A stretch of 63,968 nucleotides of DNA, the filler included, from Reticulomyxa filosa (taxonomy: Eukaryota > Protista > Foraminifera): NCBI GenBank assembly GCA_000512085.1. It is 17 parts of 17 records of this genome, joined end to end, with 100 filler letters (N's around TTAATTAATTAA, not from the genome) between each part and the next. Parts side by side here need not be neighbours in the genome. Positions count along the whole stretch, not along the records: positions 27,679 to 32,331 come from ASPP01002275.1; positions 32,432 to 37,578 come from ASPP01037296.1; positions 37,679 to 38,868 come from ASPP01045359.1; positions 38,969 to 47,428 come from ASPP01027545.1; 13 more parts are not named here. One strand, 5' to 3'. The notes beneath the pieces were generated by a model, which was given only the letters and a program-made list of their open reading frames with translations, ran no database searches and was not told where the DNA came from. The translations under genes were made by a program, and so were the position numbers. Shown here in pieces: positions 27,709 through 41,103 of the stretch. Each line of letters starts with the position of its first letter. The first letter of the stretch is position 1.

Positions 27709-28262
27709 AACTTGTTCATAATATTTGTGCGTGTCGTCTGCACTTGGAAATGGATTAGATATAGCTTCACTGGAACTTGCCGAAATCACGGTATTTGTCG
27801 TATCGTCCTCAATTCCCAATAATATTGGCCATATTTTACGCCTCCACTCATTTGTAACGAATCCTTTCTTTGCTAACATGCGCAGTTTTTTCAAATCAGG
27901 TCCATTTTTTTTGACATTTCTGCTCTTATCTTTTTTATTTGCTCTTCTTCATCTTTTGTCAGTGGCCGCTTTTCTGCCAACTCACGTGCCAGTCTTGGAG
28001 ACTGTCCGCCACTTTGCTCTGCTTTCTTCATTTCTGTTTTCTCCTTTTCAGTCTTCTCCATTTTTTCTTTTATTGAGTCTCTTCTGTCTGGTGCGCTTTC
28101 CACTGTCTCTTCATATGGTATTATCGGTACTAACGCAGTCTTTTTTTCACTCTCCACTTGAACTGACTCGTTTGAATTAGATTTCAATTCATTTGCGTCT
28201 TTTTCTGTCGTTGATATTGACAGATTTTGAGAAAGATCGATTTCATTCGGTGAAGGTTGCAT
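27709..28262 (-). CDS. TBC1D20: TBC1D20/Gyp8-like Rab-GAP, first exon (1-nt frameshift in an A8 run at ~27905)
   Basis: PDLKKLRMLAKKGFVTNEWRRKIWPILLGI...KYYEQV matches the TBC1D20 N-terminus. Adding one A joins the two ORFs. Confidence 0.8.
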
Positions 28263-29871
28263 AAATATCAGAATCTTTTCTTATTTAGAATTTTCCAAAT
28301 GACAAAACAAGAAAACGGTCTTTTTTGTACTATTTTCAACGCCTAAAATATTCCTTGTCATCGAATAAATGAATATTTCATGCATTAATTCTTGACAACA
28401 AAGTGGTTCATCAAAATTAATACTTACAAAAAAATTAAGGCAGAAAGTAAAAATAGCATATTATTAAATTTATTTTTTCATCAGCATTACAATGTGTAGA
28501 TCAAACATAATGATGATAAAAAACGAGCTTTACCTTCTGTCAGATCAATAACAGTGATTTTGTTGGATGCTTTGGTAATCATAAGTAATATCCTTTCACT
28601 GTTGGAAATACATGAAATAGTATTGCTCAGTTTCAAACACTTTGTGATGTGATTTTTGTAAGATGATAGCTCAAAAATTTATAAGAATTGATGATAAAAC
28701 AAATCATTAAAAAATAATTTCTAGTGGCACTAATGTTATCACTTGAGCATCTGCCAAAGAAGTCGCATGTTTACTTGGAGATAGTTTCATACATTTCGAC
28801 AGAGAATTGATTTGTATAATCTGCTGTGGAGGACTATAGCAACAATAAACTGTTTCGAATACACCTTTACTATTTAACTTTTTTTGCACAGTTTTCTGTC
28901 GTTTTTTTTTTGCTTTCTTCCTCAACGAGTGTACACGACCACTTGTTCAAATGTGTTTTTTTTTTACACGAAATATGACATGAAACAAAATGTAACAATA
29001 CAAATTTTTAAAAATATTCTCTTTATATTTTTATTCAGAATTGCAAACTTTGAAAAAAATTTCAGGAAATTTTGAATTTTAAGTGTTATCAGTTGCATCG
29101 CAATATTCTTTAAAAATAATTTTTATAAAAAGTGTTATTCATGTGATTGAAATATGGCATATAAATATATTTCAAAACTTGTAGTTATCGCTGTAGAATA
29201 AAATTAATTGTTGCTAGAGTTAAGTGCATTTCATTAATATATGTATATTTTTTTTATATTCATAATAAAGTACTGTCTGAAGAAAAATGTTGATTATATA
29301 TACCATTTCCATTTTGCATGCATGACACTTTTTTTAAAAAATTACGTTCTTTAAAAAAAAATTGTTTTTTCATTGGAAAATTTCTGAGCAAAAAATTTGA
29401 TTATGTTGTTATTCTGCCATGCAAACAATATATCACAAAAAAAAAAAGCATATTGTGCGAATGTAAGTGAATTGGATTTTCGACAAAAAATGTTGTTCGA
29501 AAAGAAAAGAAGCTAATTAAATGATATATTAATCAAATGAATGATTGAAATAAAAAATTTGTCTGTTTTTGGCTTTCAAAAATTGGCATATGATGCTTTA
29601 ATTTTTTCAAAAAAAGACATAAAAGATGACAAATTTGCTGAATTTTTGTTACTGGTTCATATTTGTCGACCTAGTTTTCTTTTCATGCATTGCAAAGATA
29701 ACATAGTAAGAGACAAACTTGAAAAAAAATTGACATCTTTTGGAATGATAACAATTAGCACTCTTGACTATGGGAGATTTATTACTGGGCTCAACGTTGG
29801 TAGGTACTGTACTTTTTTTTAAGTGCAAAGTTCAAACCCGGATTTGGCAGCGTGAAAAAACGAATTAAGAA

Positions 29872-31014
29872 ATGACAAATATCACCGACCCAGATAAAAG
29901 TTGGACTGTTTGGTCAAATAAGCAGTACAATCATATCGCTTTGGGCACCACCCCTCATGGCTCATGGGAAAAACGTGTGGCAAGACCATCGAAGCTGGAC
30001 GATTTCAGCGGATTGAACTGGAACAAAATGCCAACCCGCCATGGGGAAGTATACAGTACGGAAAGTGTCCCTGTGTTGAAGCATGAATGGGATGAACATG
30101 AGTACTACGAAAAGTGGACATCACCCAAAACCGAGCAACAAGTATTTAAATAAAAAAAAAGAAATTTCTATTAATTCTTCTTCTCTCGTGTTGTCCTTTT
30201 CTAGCATGTATATACATACACATGATATTAAAGATTGCAGCCGAATTGGCCGAACCACGAGAAAAAATGCTCGCAAAAGTAAAGGGATTTGAAGATAAAG
30301 GAGAAAGTATTGAATGGACTCCCACATTAGCCGCTTTTAATGAAACTTCACAAAAACAAGTTCATTTTTTAAAAAAAAATCGGGGTGTTACCTTCCTCTC
30401 CTCCTCTAGAAATTTCAAATCTAACAAAATGATTAAGCAATAATTTTTTACATTTTTCCAAAGCATGTCCCACAAAACAAAACAAAACACAAAATACAAA
30501 ACAAATAAATAAAAAGGCAAGAAAATTGGAATACTCCTTATCTCCATATTTCCAACTTAATAAGCAAGGTTATCGCAAAAACTGGGCGAATATCCGCATT
30601 TCTGAATACCGACCTTTTGAACGTCTCAATGGAAAGGTGGACCACATGATCAGTGACCATTTTATTAGATTCCAATTGGTAGGTTGAGACAAATATAAGG
30701 GAAAGAGAGAACCAACCTTAAAGAGAGAGAGGGGAAAAAAGGGGGGAAGTCAGGACAGATACAGAAGTTGATAATGTCAAACACTTGTAACACAATCCAC
30801 AGATGCGTTGGGACTTGTCGAATCGAGCTCGAGTGAGACCTTTCAAAGTTGCCATGTGGACAGGCATCTTTTTAGTTTTGGTAAATGGCCAATATGCCAA
30901 AGGTATTTCTTTTTTGTCTTATTTTCTTTTTCTCAATAAAAAATGCAATATATTCATTGTGTTTCCCTTTTTTTTAATGTTACAGAATATCATCACAAAT
31001 GGAAATGGCATTAA
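29872..31014 (+). CDS. Complete 5-exon, 212-aa single-pass membrane protein of unknown function
   Basis: Exons 29872-30141, 30234-30359, 30565-30678, 30803-30902 and 30986-31014 splice in frame by GT-AG (639 nt). One hydrophobic segment (VAMWTGIFLVLV), ending EYHHKWKWH*. Confidence 0.8.
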
Positions 31015-31549
31015 TACTACCAAAGACGAATCCAAAGCAATCAAAAACAAACAAAAAAAAAACAAGACGAAAATTCCCGTATTATCAATTTTTTTTTTTT
31101 GACGTTATCAAGATTGCAAATTTGGATGTTTACTTTACTTGTTTGAGCCTCTCGTTGTATCATATTTGAGAGATACAATTTCTTCTTTCCACAAACTGGG
31201 TAATTTTTTTGCGAATGTGCTTCGCATAAAAAGAAGTGCAAAAGTAGAAATAATCGAAACAGTAATCCCTGCATTGACCATGTTTTCCATAAATACACCA
31301 AAGATTTAAAAATAATTTTTAAGTTGATTTTATAAATGTTTGTTCCAACGCGAAAAAAACTGTCAAAATTACTAGAATGATATTTATTCTTTGTTACTCA
31401 AAATTGGCAAAATTAAAATATTATGTAATGGGCACGTAAGGTTTTGTTATATAAATGTTGACTAACACGTTATTTACTTCGTCGAGAAAAGTAAAAAAAG
31501 GAGTGAACAAAAAAAATTGGGTAGAATAACAGGATTTGAGCATTTAAGA

Positions 31550-32279
31550 ATGTTTGGAAGACAAACTTTTTCGGTTTTTGTAATTTTGTTTTGGTGTGGT
31601 TGGTGTTATTTGGAAGAGACCTTTACATCTACGGATAAGGCAAACTTGGTGAAAGCCATAGCGTCTTCACAGAACCCCAGTTCTCACTTGTTTGATGATT
31701 CGTTGGTAACCACGTATTATGGAATAGAGGCATTGCAAAAAGCAAAGGATCTCTCAAGTACAGGAGATCTATGTCGAGCATTAGACAAAGTGACGGCAGA
31801 AAATTGGGAAGAATATCACGCACTTGTTTTGTCAAAATCGAGACTTCCAAAATGTTTGGAAAAAGTGAGTGACAAAATGAAGACAAAAGTGCTGACCGCA
31901 CTTTCCTCAGACAAATTGTCTCACTTGTATTATGCCTTGAGTATAGCCGAAGCTTTGTCACAACAAGGTAAATTGAACTTTTGTTTATCTATTGGAGGTT
32001 TGTTTTTTTTTTTTTGTGTCTTCCCATAAAGTAAGCGTTGCATATGGTCTATGTATGCTGATGACAATGAGCGAGGGGGAAGGGACCCAAAAAAAAAAAA
32101 AAAAAAACGTAAGTGTTACAAAAAATTCAGATAAATTCAATTGGGGAGAGATTGACTTGGTTGCAGTAGTGAAGCATTTGTTTTCATTTCGAAAAGCGGA
32201 TGGTCTGTTTGTTGAATCAGCTACTGAAAAGACAACCTCCGCTTATCGAACTGCCTTAGCTTTATTGTCTTTATCCAAG
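31550..32279 (+). CDS. RPN2: Ribophorin II (OST subunit RPN2/Swp1), 5' part
   Basis: Signal peptide, then FTSTDKANL...DSLVTTYYGIEAL...LC...C...KVLTALSSDKLSHLYYAL, colinear with human RPN2 (LTKHDVERL...NLESAFYSIVGL...C...C...LLLAAVSEDSSVTQIYHAV). Confidence 0.72.
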
Positions 32280-32292
32280 GTTTGTACTTGTA

Positions 32293-32331
<39 letters not shown>

Positions 32332-32431
32332 NNNNNNNNNNNNNNNNNNNNNNNNNNNNNNNNNNNNNNNNNNNNTTAATTAATTAANNNNNNNNNNNNN
32401 NNNNNNNNNNNNNNNNNNNNNNNNNNNNNNN

Positions 32432-32668
32432 TTTGATGGGAGTCCCATATCATGGACGCTACACCCTGATGATGAGAAATATCAAAGTATATGGAGTAAT
32501 GAGTCAAGCAAAAAAGTGGAAAATAGATTGTTGCCATTGGAAGAGCAAGAGCACGTGCTTTCTCTTTTTCCCGTGTGCTTTTTGGACATATCTGCGTTGT
32601 ATATGGATCGCAAAAGGCTACAACTTGAGGTGATCACGATCATGCAAAATTTAAACTGTAAAAAATAA
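32432..32668 (+). CDS. Possible terminal exon of an unidentified gene
   Basis: Open frame from the contig edge: FDGSPISWTLHPDDEKYQSIW...MQNLNCKK*; coding-like composition. Confidence 0.4.
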   Translation, partial: FDGSPISWTLHPDDEKYQSIWSNESSKKVENRLLPLEEQEHVLSLFPVCFLDISALYMDRKRLQLEVITIMQNLNCKK

Positions 32669-34199
32669 AATGAATCATATGTTGTGCAAGACACATCTAA
32701 TAAAATTAATCATGTTGCACCATCTTGGCGGCTATATAAGTTGTTCCTGTTTCTATTTCCTTTGAAAATTATTTTCATGTAATCCAAACGCCACGGTATT
32801 TGACAAAAAAACAGTTTAATTTTTGAGATTTGTTCTTGCATCAAGGAGGACAAAAATTTAGTGGGCAACCTTCAAAATTAAATTTTAACTTGTGTTAGTG
32901 TGAAATATTTAAGTTTTTTGAAAATTGAATAAATTTAATATTTCAATATTTTTTAACAATTTGTGGAAAGATCAGCCATTGAAATTGTGAAAAGTTGTTG
33001 GCACAGATAGTTCTTATTAGCAAAAAACTCAAATAGCTCAATGATACATAGTGTTTAAGTCAAAAAAACTTGATTATCACATTAAAAACACAAAAATATT
33101 CAATTTAAGAAATTTTTTGCAGAAAATCTAAAGAGATTATAAAGATATCAGGTGAGCATTAAATTGGAACATTAACTTATCTTTGCGAAAAAAATATCAC
33201 AAAGAAATAACAATCCACACAAAAAGACATACATTTTTTTGAGCAAAAAATTGAGTCAATTGTCAAATAAACACCTTAAGATCGATAATGCCATCAACTT
33301 TGAAGTTGTTTCAACTTTATTTCGCTTGCTTGCTGGCACCGTAACCTTTAATTGCTCGATAGACAAGTTTTGTGTTCTTTGCAGATCTATGTTATATATT
33401 TGTGTATTGATTATACATGTTTCAAATATCTTCCAATCACATTATAAGAAAACGTTATAACTTGGAATATAGGTTGCATATAATCAGCTCACCACTTTCA
33501 AATTGTTCAATTCCCTTTCAATGTATCATGCATCACACTACGTTTGGTATGGACCTTTTTTTAAAAAAAAAATTATACGCCATTCAAAGCGCAATACCAT
33601 GATCCATACTGGATGCACGCCGTCACTAAAAAAGATTTTTGTTCAATGATGAACAAATGAATTTCATTGAAGAAATAACAACTGCATGTGTTGTAGTGTG
33701 GCTCTATAATTTGACATATTAGATTTTCATCAGCAACCGTTCGACTATGATATTGCCCCACTTCTTTTACGTTCATGTACTGCAATAACCATCGATACTG
33801 TTGCTGGGGACTAGCTGCAGCATCAATGACAATGTAAGCAGCAACAACATGTCCATCTGCACGTAGGGTATACTTTGAAATATCTATTCAAAAATTTGAA
33901 GCAACAAATATAAATATATATAATCAATATACGTATAATAGTTATTGGATGTGTACATAAAAAAAAATATATATGTACATATAAAAACTTTTTTTAAGCA
34001 ATGGATCCAAATACGATTTATAACGTCGGTATAACATGAAAGGGGCCGGTGCACATAAATGACCAACAATAACAGCAAGTCTGTGTGATGAGTTCTTTCG
34101 AATGTTATGGCAATGGCCCATCAAGTATATATTTTGGACGATTAAACGGACTCGAGGAGAAGTTGGTAACATTGAAAGGCTCGCCCACTATAACGCTAT

Positions 34200-37100
34200 C
34201 ATTTTTTGAGTGGAGGCCTTGTCAATAACCAATTTTTCCACTTCTCGAATCCGAGTGATTCTGTTTTTGGTAACTAAATAATCGTATACACATTAATGAC
34301 ATATTCAGTAGGATGAGGGAGTGAGTATGATACAATCGACTGCTGACGGCACGCAAATATTGGATAACAGTCCAATATCTTGCAACAATTGACAATGAAG
34401 AACATGTGATGAATTTCGTCATTGTCACCATTTCCATTTTAACACTTTTCCATCAGCTTCCATTGCGACTCAATATGACAATCCAATATATGCCCGAGAA
34501 TGCGCAAAGCCAGTCGCTTGCGTAAAGAATCATTTCATAACTAAACGTAGCAAAGTCGACAATAGTTTTTTTTTTATTTAAAAAAATAAAACAAATCCAA
34601 CGCAGTATAGTCACTCCTGGAGTTTTGGAGCTTTCTTTCTTCTCTTTATCCTCCTCTTCTGATGTTGTGTTTTACTCGACCGCCAAATGTAACAACGTTC
34701 ACGTCCTTTTCTTCATATTTTTCTACTTCTTCAGTAAATCCCGTCGCTGCGACGCCGTAATGTTCATATCATTATTACTTTATGCGATATCATCACATTT
34801 TCCTTCTCTTTTATCTTGGAAACTGGATCTTAGTGCCGCCTGCAGCCGTATTATCCGGCAGGTGTCAATTCCGGAGACAGTCCAGCAAAAGTGAGCAATC
34901 CATAAACTAGTACCAATTTCCACAACGAAAAGATTTTCTTGTTTATCGGCGGTCGTCTTGCTGTCCTACTGAACATTTTCAAATACAATTTCTTTGTGTC
35001 GCGATTCTGATTTCGCTATTTTAGTAGCTCTTTCTTTCGGCGCTGTTGGAATTTGATGACGCACCACTATCACCACTGTTTCCAATGTTCCCACTGTTTG
35101 AGCCCATGGAAGAGGTCTACGTCTTGCCTGTGTCTGTCGTCGTGGTTGTTGTTATTTCTGTTATTGAAACGTGATAGCGAACGTCCAACAAGATTTTCAA
35201 CAAAAATCCACTTATGATCACTATCATTGCATACAAAATCAGCGAAATCAGGCCGTTACGCAAGATATCAGGTATATATATGCCACAAACAGCTCACACA
35301 ATGTTATTACCTCTACCAACCACAGTTTTCGCTGTATTGCTCACATCTGTCTTTATATACACATGTACACAAGTATCCATTAATGTTTTTTTTAAAAAAA
35401 AGTCTTGCATTGTGAGTAGGTATGAACACACGTGTAAATTGCAAATAACCAAAATATCGTAAAGGAATCATTGATATTCTATCATTTTTTTTTTCGTTGG
35501 CTATTTGTTATACTTGGACCCGATCTCTTTGATGCTGTGCCATCCCATGTAGAGTTGCAGTGCTAGACCGAATTCCATTTGAACTGCTCCTACTGTTTTT
35601 GTTGAAAGATAATCATCCGCAGAGACTTGTCTACGCATACATTGATGGGTGAACAAATCTTTCCAATGATTTAGGTTGGCACTGCCTTGATATTGCAACA
35701 TTCGTCTAGCAGTTCCATTGAGGCGTGCTATGGAAAGTTCGTCCATATCTATAACGCGCAAAATCGCCATTCCATAATCAAATTCAGAAAATCCTAGAAA
35801 CGTTTTTGTTTTTTTTTTTATATTAAAAAAAAAACAAAACAAATCCAGCGCAGTAAAGCTCTCCGGACTCTTGGAATGCTTCTTTCTCTACTTTTTGCCA
35901 GTGATCTTGGCTTCGTTGTGCATAATCACTCAACCAAATTGGGCCACCAGTGTAACATTTTCTAACAATGTGCTCGTCATCTTATTCATTGTTTTCTACT
36001 TCTTCGGTCCGTCCAATCGCTGTCGCCGTAATGTTAATATCGTTACCACTTTGCACAAGATTATCACGTATTCATTTTCTTTTATCTTGGCAAACTTGAT
36101 TTGTGGTATGCGGGCACCAAGATCCAGTTTTTCCGGAATTAATTTGATAGAGTTTGTCCAATTATTCCACAATGTATTTTTTCTAAATACGAAGCCATCC
36201 TCTCTAGTCGCCGCTGTGATCGCCGTTTCTGATACTTTCATCAAAATTTGTTCCCATTCGTGTACGACTGGAAGGACATTTTGCAGACTCTAATCCAGCC
36301 TCTATAAAAACGGCAAAATGAATTTAGAAGCCAAAATATCGCGATATTCATCTTCGAAAGAACAGATGCTTTTGAAACTCTGGATTAAGCTTTGTGTTTC
36401 ATTCGCCCTTTTGCATTGTCACAAAGTTTTGAATGGACTCGTTGGCAGTCATTTTGAATGATGTTTCCAAACGTCTACCTTTTTTCCAATAGTCCAATCG
36501 AAGTAAATAGATCTCTTTGCAAATACCATATTGCAAAAACAATGACTCGATGTTTTGTCTTTGTCCATCCGCCAATCGATCTACCGTATACTCTACTTCG
36601 TCGCAGCTCAAATGTCTGGCTCCAATTTGCAATGTTAATCCTTTGTAAACAATTCATTCGTCGCAAATTCCTTGAACTTGTCTTCGCTTTCAATGATCAA
36701 TTCCAACTTCAATATGTCTCCGATCAAATCCCTCCCATATTTGATGTAGGCATCATATAACTCCGCTGCATCATCTAATCTCCACTTTTTTTTCTTTTGC
36801 AATTCCTGTAACACATTGTCTACCCTATTAGTCAATTGGTCGATTGCAGATAACGTTTGTTCAAATATCTGCCATGCTTGGCCATGTTCGATATTCCATT
36901 GTATCTTTGTGGCATCTTTGAATTATTTCTGTCACTTGTTTCGATTTCTTCCACGCAAAACTCCATTCGTGAAGCAACCATCACCACTGCCATTGTCACA
37001 CTCTTCCAACAACTTCCATTGCGACGCGCTATGAGAAGCCAGCATGTGCTCGATAATGGGCAAAGTGTAAAGAGCTACTCATAACTAAACGTAGAAAAGC

Positions 37101-37440
37101 CTACATCTATTTTTTTTTTTTAAACAAATTCAATGGTATATGCCTTCCCTTGTAGTCTTGGAGCTATCTTTCTACTATTCATCTTCTTGTTTGCTGATGA
37201 TCTTGGCTTGCTTTTTGCAAAATCCATCCACCAAATTGAGCCATCAACATTAACGATTTTTCGGACGTCATTATTTGCTAGTCCACGAGTGTTACCATTT
37301 TCCAAACGTCGTCGCAGCTTCTTCATTGTGTTCCGCTTCTTCTGTCAATCCGATCGCTGTCGCCTTAAGGTCGGCAAACAATTATTGAGCGCTTTTCAAT
37401 GCGCTTTTGTGGGATATTATCCCATTTTTTCTTTTTCAAT
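34200..37440 (-). pseudogene. Degenerate tandem triplication (~1.24-1.31 kb period) of an unidentified coding module
   Basis: Homologous anchors CATAACTAAACGTAG-like at 34536, 35773 and 37080 with matching flanks (TATAIGxTEExE-like peptide in each unit). Many in-frame stops and frameshifts. Confidence 0.7.
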
Positions 37441-38538
37441 TAATCCCTCCCATTTCTTTTTTTTTTCTATATGTTTTGCTCTTTTTTTTTTTCTATCTGT
37501 TTTGATATTTTTTTTTCTTTTCATCTTTTTTTTATTTTTTTATTTTTTTCCCATTATCATCTTTTTTTATCTTTTTTTNNNNNNNNNNNNNNNNNNNNNN
37601 NNNNNNNNNNNNNNNNNNNNNNTTAATTAATTAANNNNNNNNNNNNNNNNNNNNNNNNNNNNNNNNNNNNNNNNNNNNTTCAACCAATGACTCTATTTAT
37701 GTTTGGGGATGAACATATGTGAATGAAATTTTCATTTCAATTCATTCAATCTAAAATCAAAGTTGTTAACAAATCAAAAATTATCACGATAAAACAATCG
37801 TACATATCATTTGGTAGTATGCATTCATTTTAATCGATTTTCTAAATTGATAATCAATCTTATCTTTTTGTCAGAACATTTGTCCACATTTATTTAAGTA
37901 TATGCTCTTTCTCTATCAAAAATTTAGGATAGTATTCGCACATAATATTAACTTGGTCACATTTGGATGACTGTTTGTTGTTTGTATTTCTTTATCTTGA
38001 TGCAAATCCAAATTTTTCACTGTTACAATTCAAATAAATCATTTCTCAGATATACAAAAGTGTGTTTTATTTAAAAACAATCAGTTTGTTAAAATGAAAA
38101 GGATAAATTTGAATTTGATTGCATTGATATAATAAATAATTTGTATGTAATTAAAGATGATAAATATGATAATGAATGAAATTTATTTAAGAAATACGAA
38201 AAGAAACAATTGAATTGTAATCTTTTGAAACATTGAGTGCATTGAATTTATTAAAAATTTATCTTTTAGTAACTTTTCATTTTTTTAAAAAATAATGTAA
38301 AATTAAAGTAAATGTTTTTATTTCCAGAATCATAACTTTCAATTTATCAAAATTTAAAATTTGTTATTTTTTTGATCAGTCAACAAATGAAATATTTTAT
38401 CTATTATAAATTATAATTCCAAAAAAAGATATTTGTAAATAATTTCTTTTTTCAATCCATTTGATAAAACAACTCCAAATTTTAAAATAAAATTAATTAA
38501 AACAAACTTTGATAATATCTTTTTCAATTTAAAAAAAT

Positions 38539-38868
38539 TTATCCATAAACACAAATTTGACCATATATTGAGCCATAATATAAATGAATACCACAATCAT
38601 CTTTTGATTTCTTTTTCAATGATACAACTTTAAGACATAATATTTCATCATCTTTATCGCTTCCTTCAATCACATATAATTCTTTTTTATTTAATCGAAC
38701 ATCCCAAAAACGAATTGTATTATCACCTGATCCAGAATATATTACATTTGAATTACCAATATTATTCTTTATTACAAATGGTGAATATTCAACAGACCAT
38801 ACAACATCTTTATGTCCATAAAATACTTGAATCTGTTTACCAGATCGAATATCCCACAAACGAATACT
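38539..38868 (-). CDS. WD40-repeat protein, C-terminal part (lineage-expanded family)
   Basis: WDIRSGKQIQVFYGHKDVVWSVEYSPF...SGSGDNTIRFWDVR. Confidence 0.88.
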   Translation of the reverse strand, partial: SIRLWDIRSGKQIQVFYGHKDVVWSVEYSPFVIKNNIGNSNVIYSGSGDNTIRFWDVRLNKKELYVIEGSDKDDEILCLKVVSLKKKSKDDCGIHLYYGSIYGQICVYG

Positions 38869-38989
38869 NNNNNNNNNNNNNNNNNNNNNNNNNNNNNNNN
38901 NNNNNNNNNNNNTTAATTAATTAANNNNNNNNNNNNNNNNNNNNNNNNNNNNNNNNNNNNNNNNNNNNAAAAAAAAAAAAAGAAAAGAC

Positions 38990-40898
38990 AACGAAACGAG
39001 ACAAGACTCTTCCACGAAGAAAGAGGCCGTGCATTGGAAACATGCTTGCTAGTCAAGTTGATCCCCAAAGCGGAAGAGTACACATCAGCAGAGGCCGATT
39101 CATTTAACTCTTCGACAAACGAGACCGGAATGAATCCCTTTTTCTGTTTGTTCTTACTGTGGCACATTGTACACATACAACACGTTCGTATCGTATTAAT
39201 TTTTTTTTTTTAAAAAAAGAAAATGAATTGAACATACACGAATCTGGCCAAGATCCAACCTTCTTTGGTCGGCACACCGGTGACTTCGATATCTTGTCCT
39301 TTCAGCACCGTCATTGTGCTGTCATTGCCAATGATTTTCTCCGACATCTGTGTGTGTGTGTTTTTTTTTTTTTATGAACAGAAAATGAACGCAAATATAA
39401 AGAATGGATTGTTTTGGAAACAAGGGTTGGTATGAATGGATGTAACATCGAAATGTCTTGACTGAGTGTTGTGGATCGTCCTTTGATGTGACATACTCGT
39501 TCGCATAAAAATCGGCAATGACACGCACTTTCCTCCATATCACTATCATGTTTTGCATTGGATCTATCGTTGTGCCATCTTCCAACGCTTTGTCTTTTTT
39601 CCTTTCCTTTTCTTCTATTTATTCAAAGTGTGGACACATATACATATACATATATATGTATATATATATGTATATATATATGTATATATTGTGAATTACC
39701 TTCATTCAAACGAGTAGCAAAAAGCATGGAGTCATCTGATCGCTGTTGCATGGGAGGAATGAAGACGGCGGCGGATGCAATGCCAATGCCCTTGGCACTG
39801 AGTCGTTTCGCAAATGGATTGGACAGACGCTTGGTGGAATCACTTGCACCTTGAATGCCCAGCAAGTCACCAAGCGCAAGGTCTTGTTGCTGCACTCCTC
39901 CAAATGCGACAATGTACGACTGCACGCGTTCAAATTGCAATGGCTTCACTACTGGAATTTCTAAAAAGCTTAATGGAACATTCCCCAATTCTTGGCTGAT
40001 TGTTTTTTTTAATCATTTTTAAAATTTTTTTTTTTAAAAAAAAATAATGATAATTTCAACTATCGATTTTTTGCTTGAATAAGTCCCTGCATGTTTGCGA
40101 TGCCACAAATGGAAATCTTTTCGCCAGCGGCGACATCGATCTCTTGCTCAGTCTTTGCGCTGTAGGTAAAGTTCACATAGATTTGGTTCCACACGTCGTG
40201 AATGGGATTTTGGGTGTATGACAACACAAACGAAGGGATCAGTCCCACTTTCCCATTTCTCGATTGAATCAATGTCCAATGAAACCTCGGGTGACTGTCG
40301 TCGATCATCACTTGCTCGTTTTCATACAGCGCGTGCTCTATTAACTCGCTCTCATTTTCAATACTGCTTTCTTTTGGATTTATCTCTACGTTCAAACATC
40401 ATTATTTGTTTTTATTTGAAAAGGATTGGTACAACAACAACAACTATGTATATGTATATGTATATGTATATACATATACATGTACATATATATTTTTTTT
40501 TTGGAACCTGCAATGACCCCTTGGATAGAGTCGTCCAATACCGATTTGAGTTGATAGGTAGAGAACGTCATATTGTCTATAATGTCCACAACTTCACCGG
40601 CAATTACGGTCAATTCGTATACGGGGCTTTTTGGAACATATGTACATATAACCTTTGCCTTTATTGGGACATTCTCTGTCGTCTGCATTTCATTTGTGGA
40701 GGACATTGATTTCGCAGCACTTTTTTCAACTTCATTTTTATGCTGCATTTTATAGTACATTGATGTACCGTACAGTGTCTCTGTGGTAATGTTTGGCATA
40801 TAGGCCGATGACATACTTCTTGCTGAAAGCTTTTCAATACTTTCAGATCTTTCATGGATTGGTTTGGAAGTTTCTACACTCTTGGTGATATGAGACAT
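38990..40898 (-). CDS. Multi-SH3-domain protein, multi-exon (3' partial)
   Basis: SH3 signatures AKVICTYVPKSPVYELTVIAGEVVDI, WTLIQSRNGKVGLIPSFVL, FTYSAKTEQEIDVAAGEKI, GNVPLSFLE, VRVIADFYA and KKGFIPVSFVEE. Confidence 0.85.
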
Positions 40899-41103
40899 GA
40901 TGTGTTTTTTTTTGACGAATTTCTTTTATTTCCTCAATTTGTAACGAACAAAAAATGCTCGCCATTGTTAATCTTTTTTAGTTAAAATATGAAATTTTAT
41001 TTAATAATAAATAGATATGTCTGACATAGAAAACATTATGAGAAGTACTATTCTTGGTTATTATATAAAATAATAACTTAAACTCATCAAAAAAAGTAGT
41101 GAA

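Noticed and set aside
7640-27912. Programmed ribosomal frameshifting (transporter ~7649, SAP ~25843, TBC ~27905)
   Set aside because: No shared slippery motif or direction, and two of the three fall in A homopolymers. Sequencing indels are the simpler explanation; read mapping would settle it.
36300-36900. Similarity of the contig-10 remnant to the Nup155 C-terminus
   Set aside because: Only a loose LYxxY-type resemblance; cannot be supported without a profile search.
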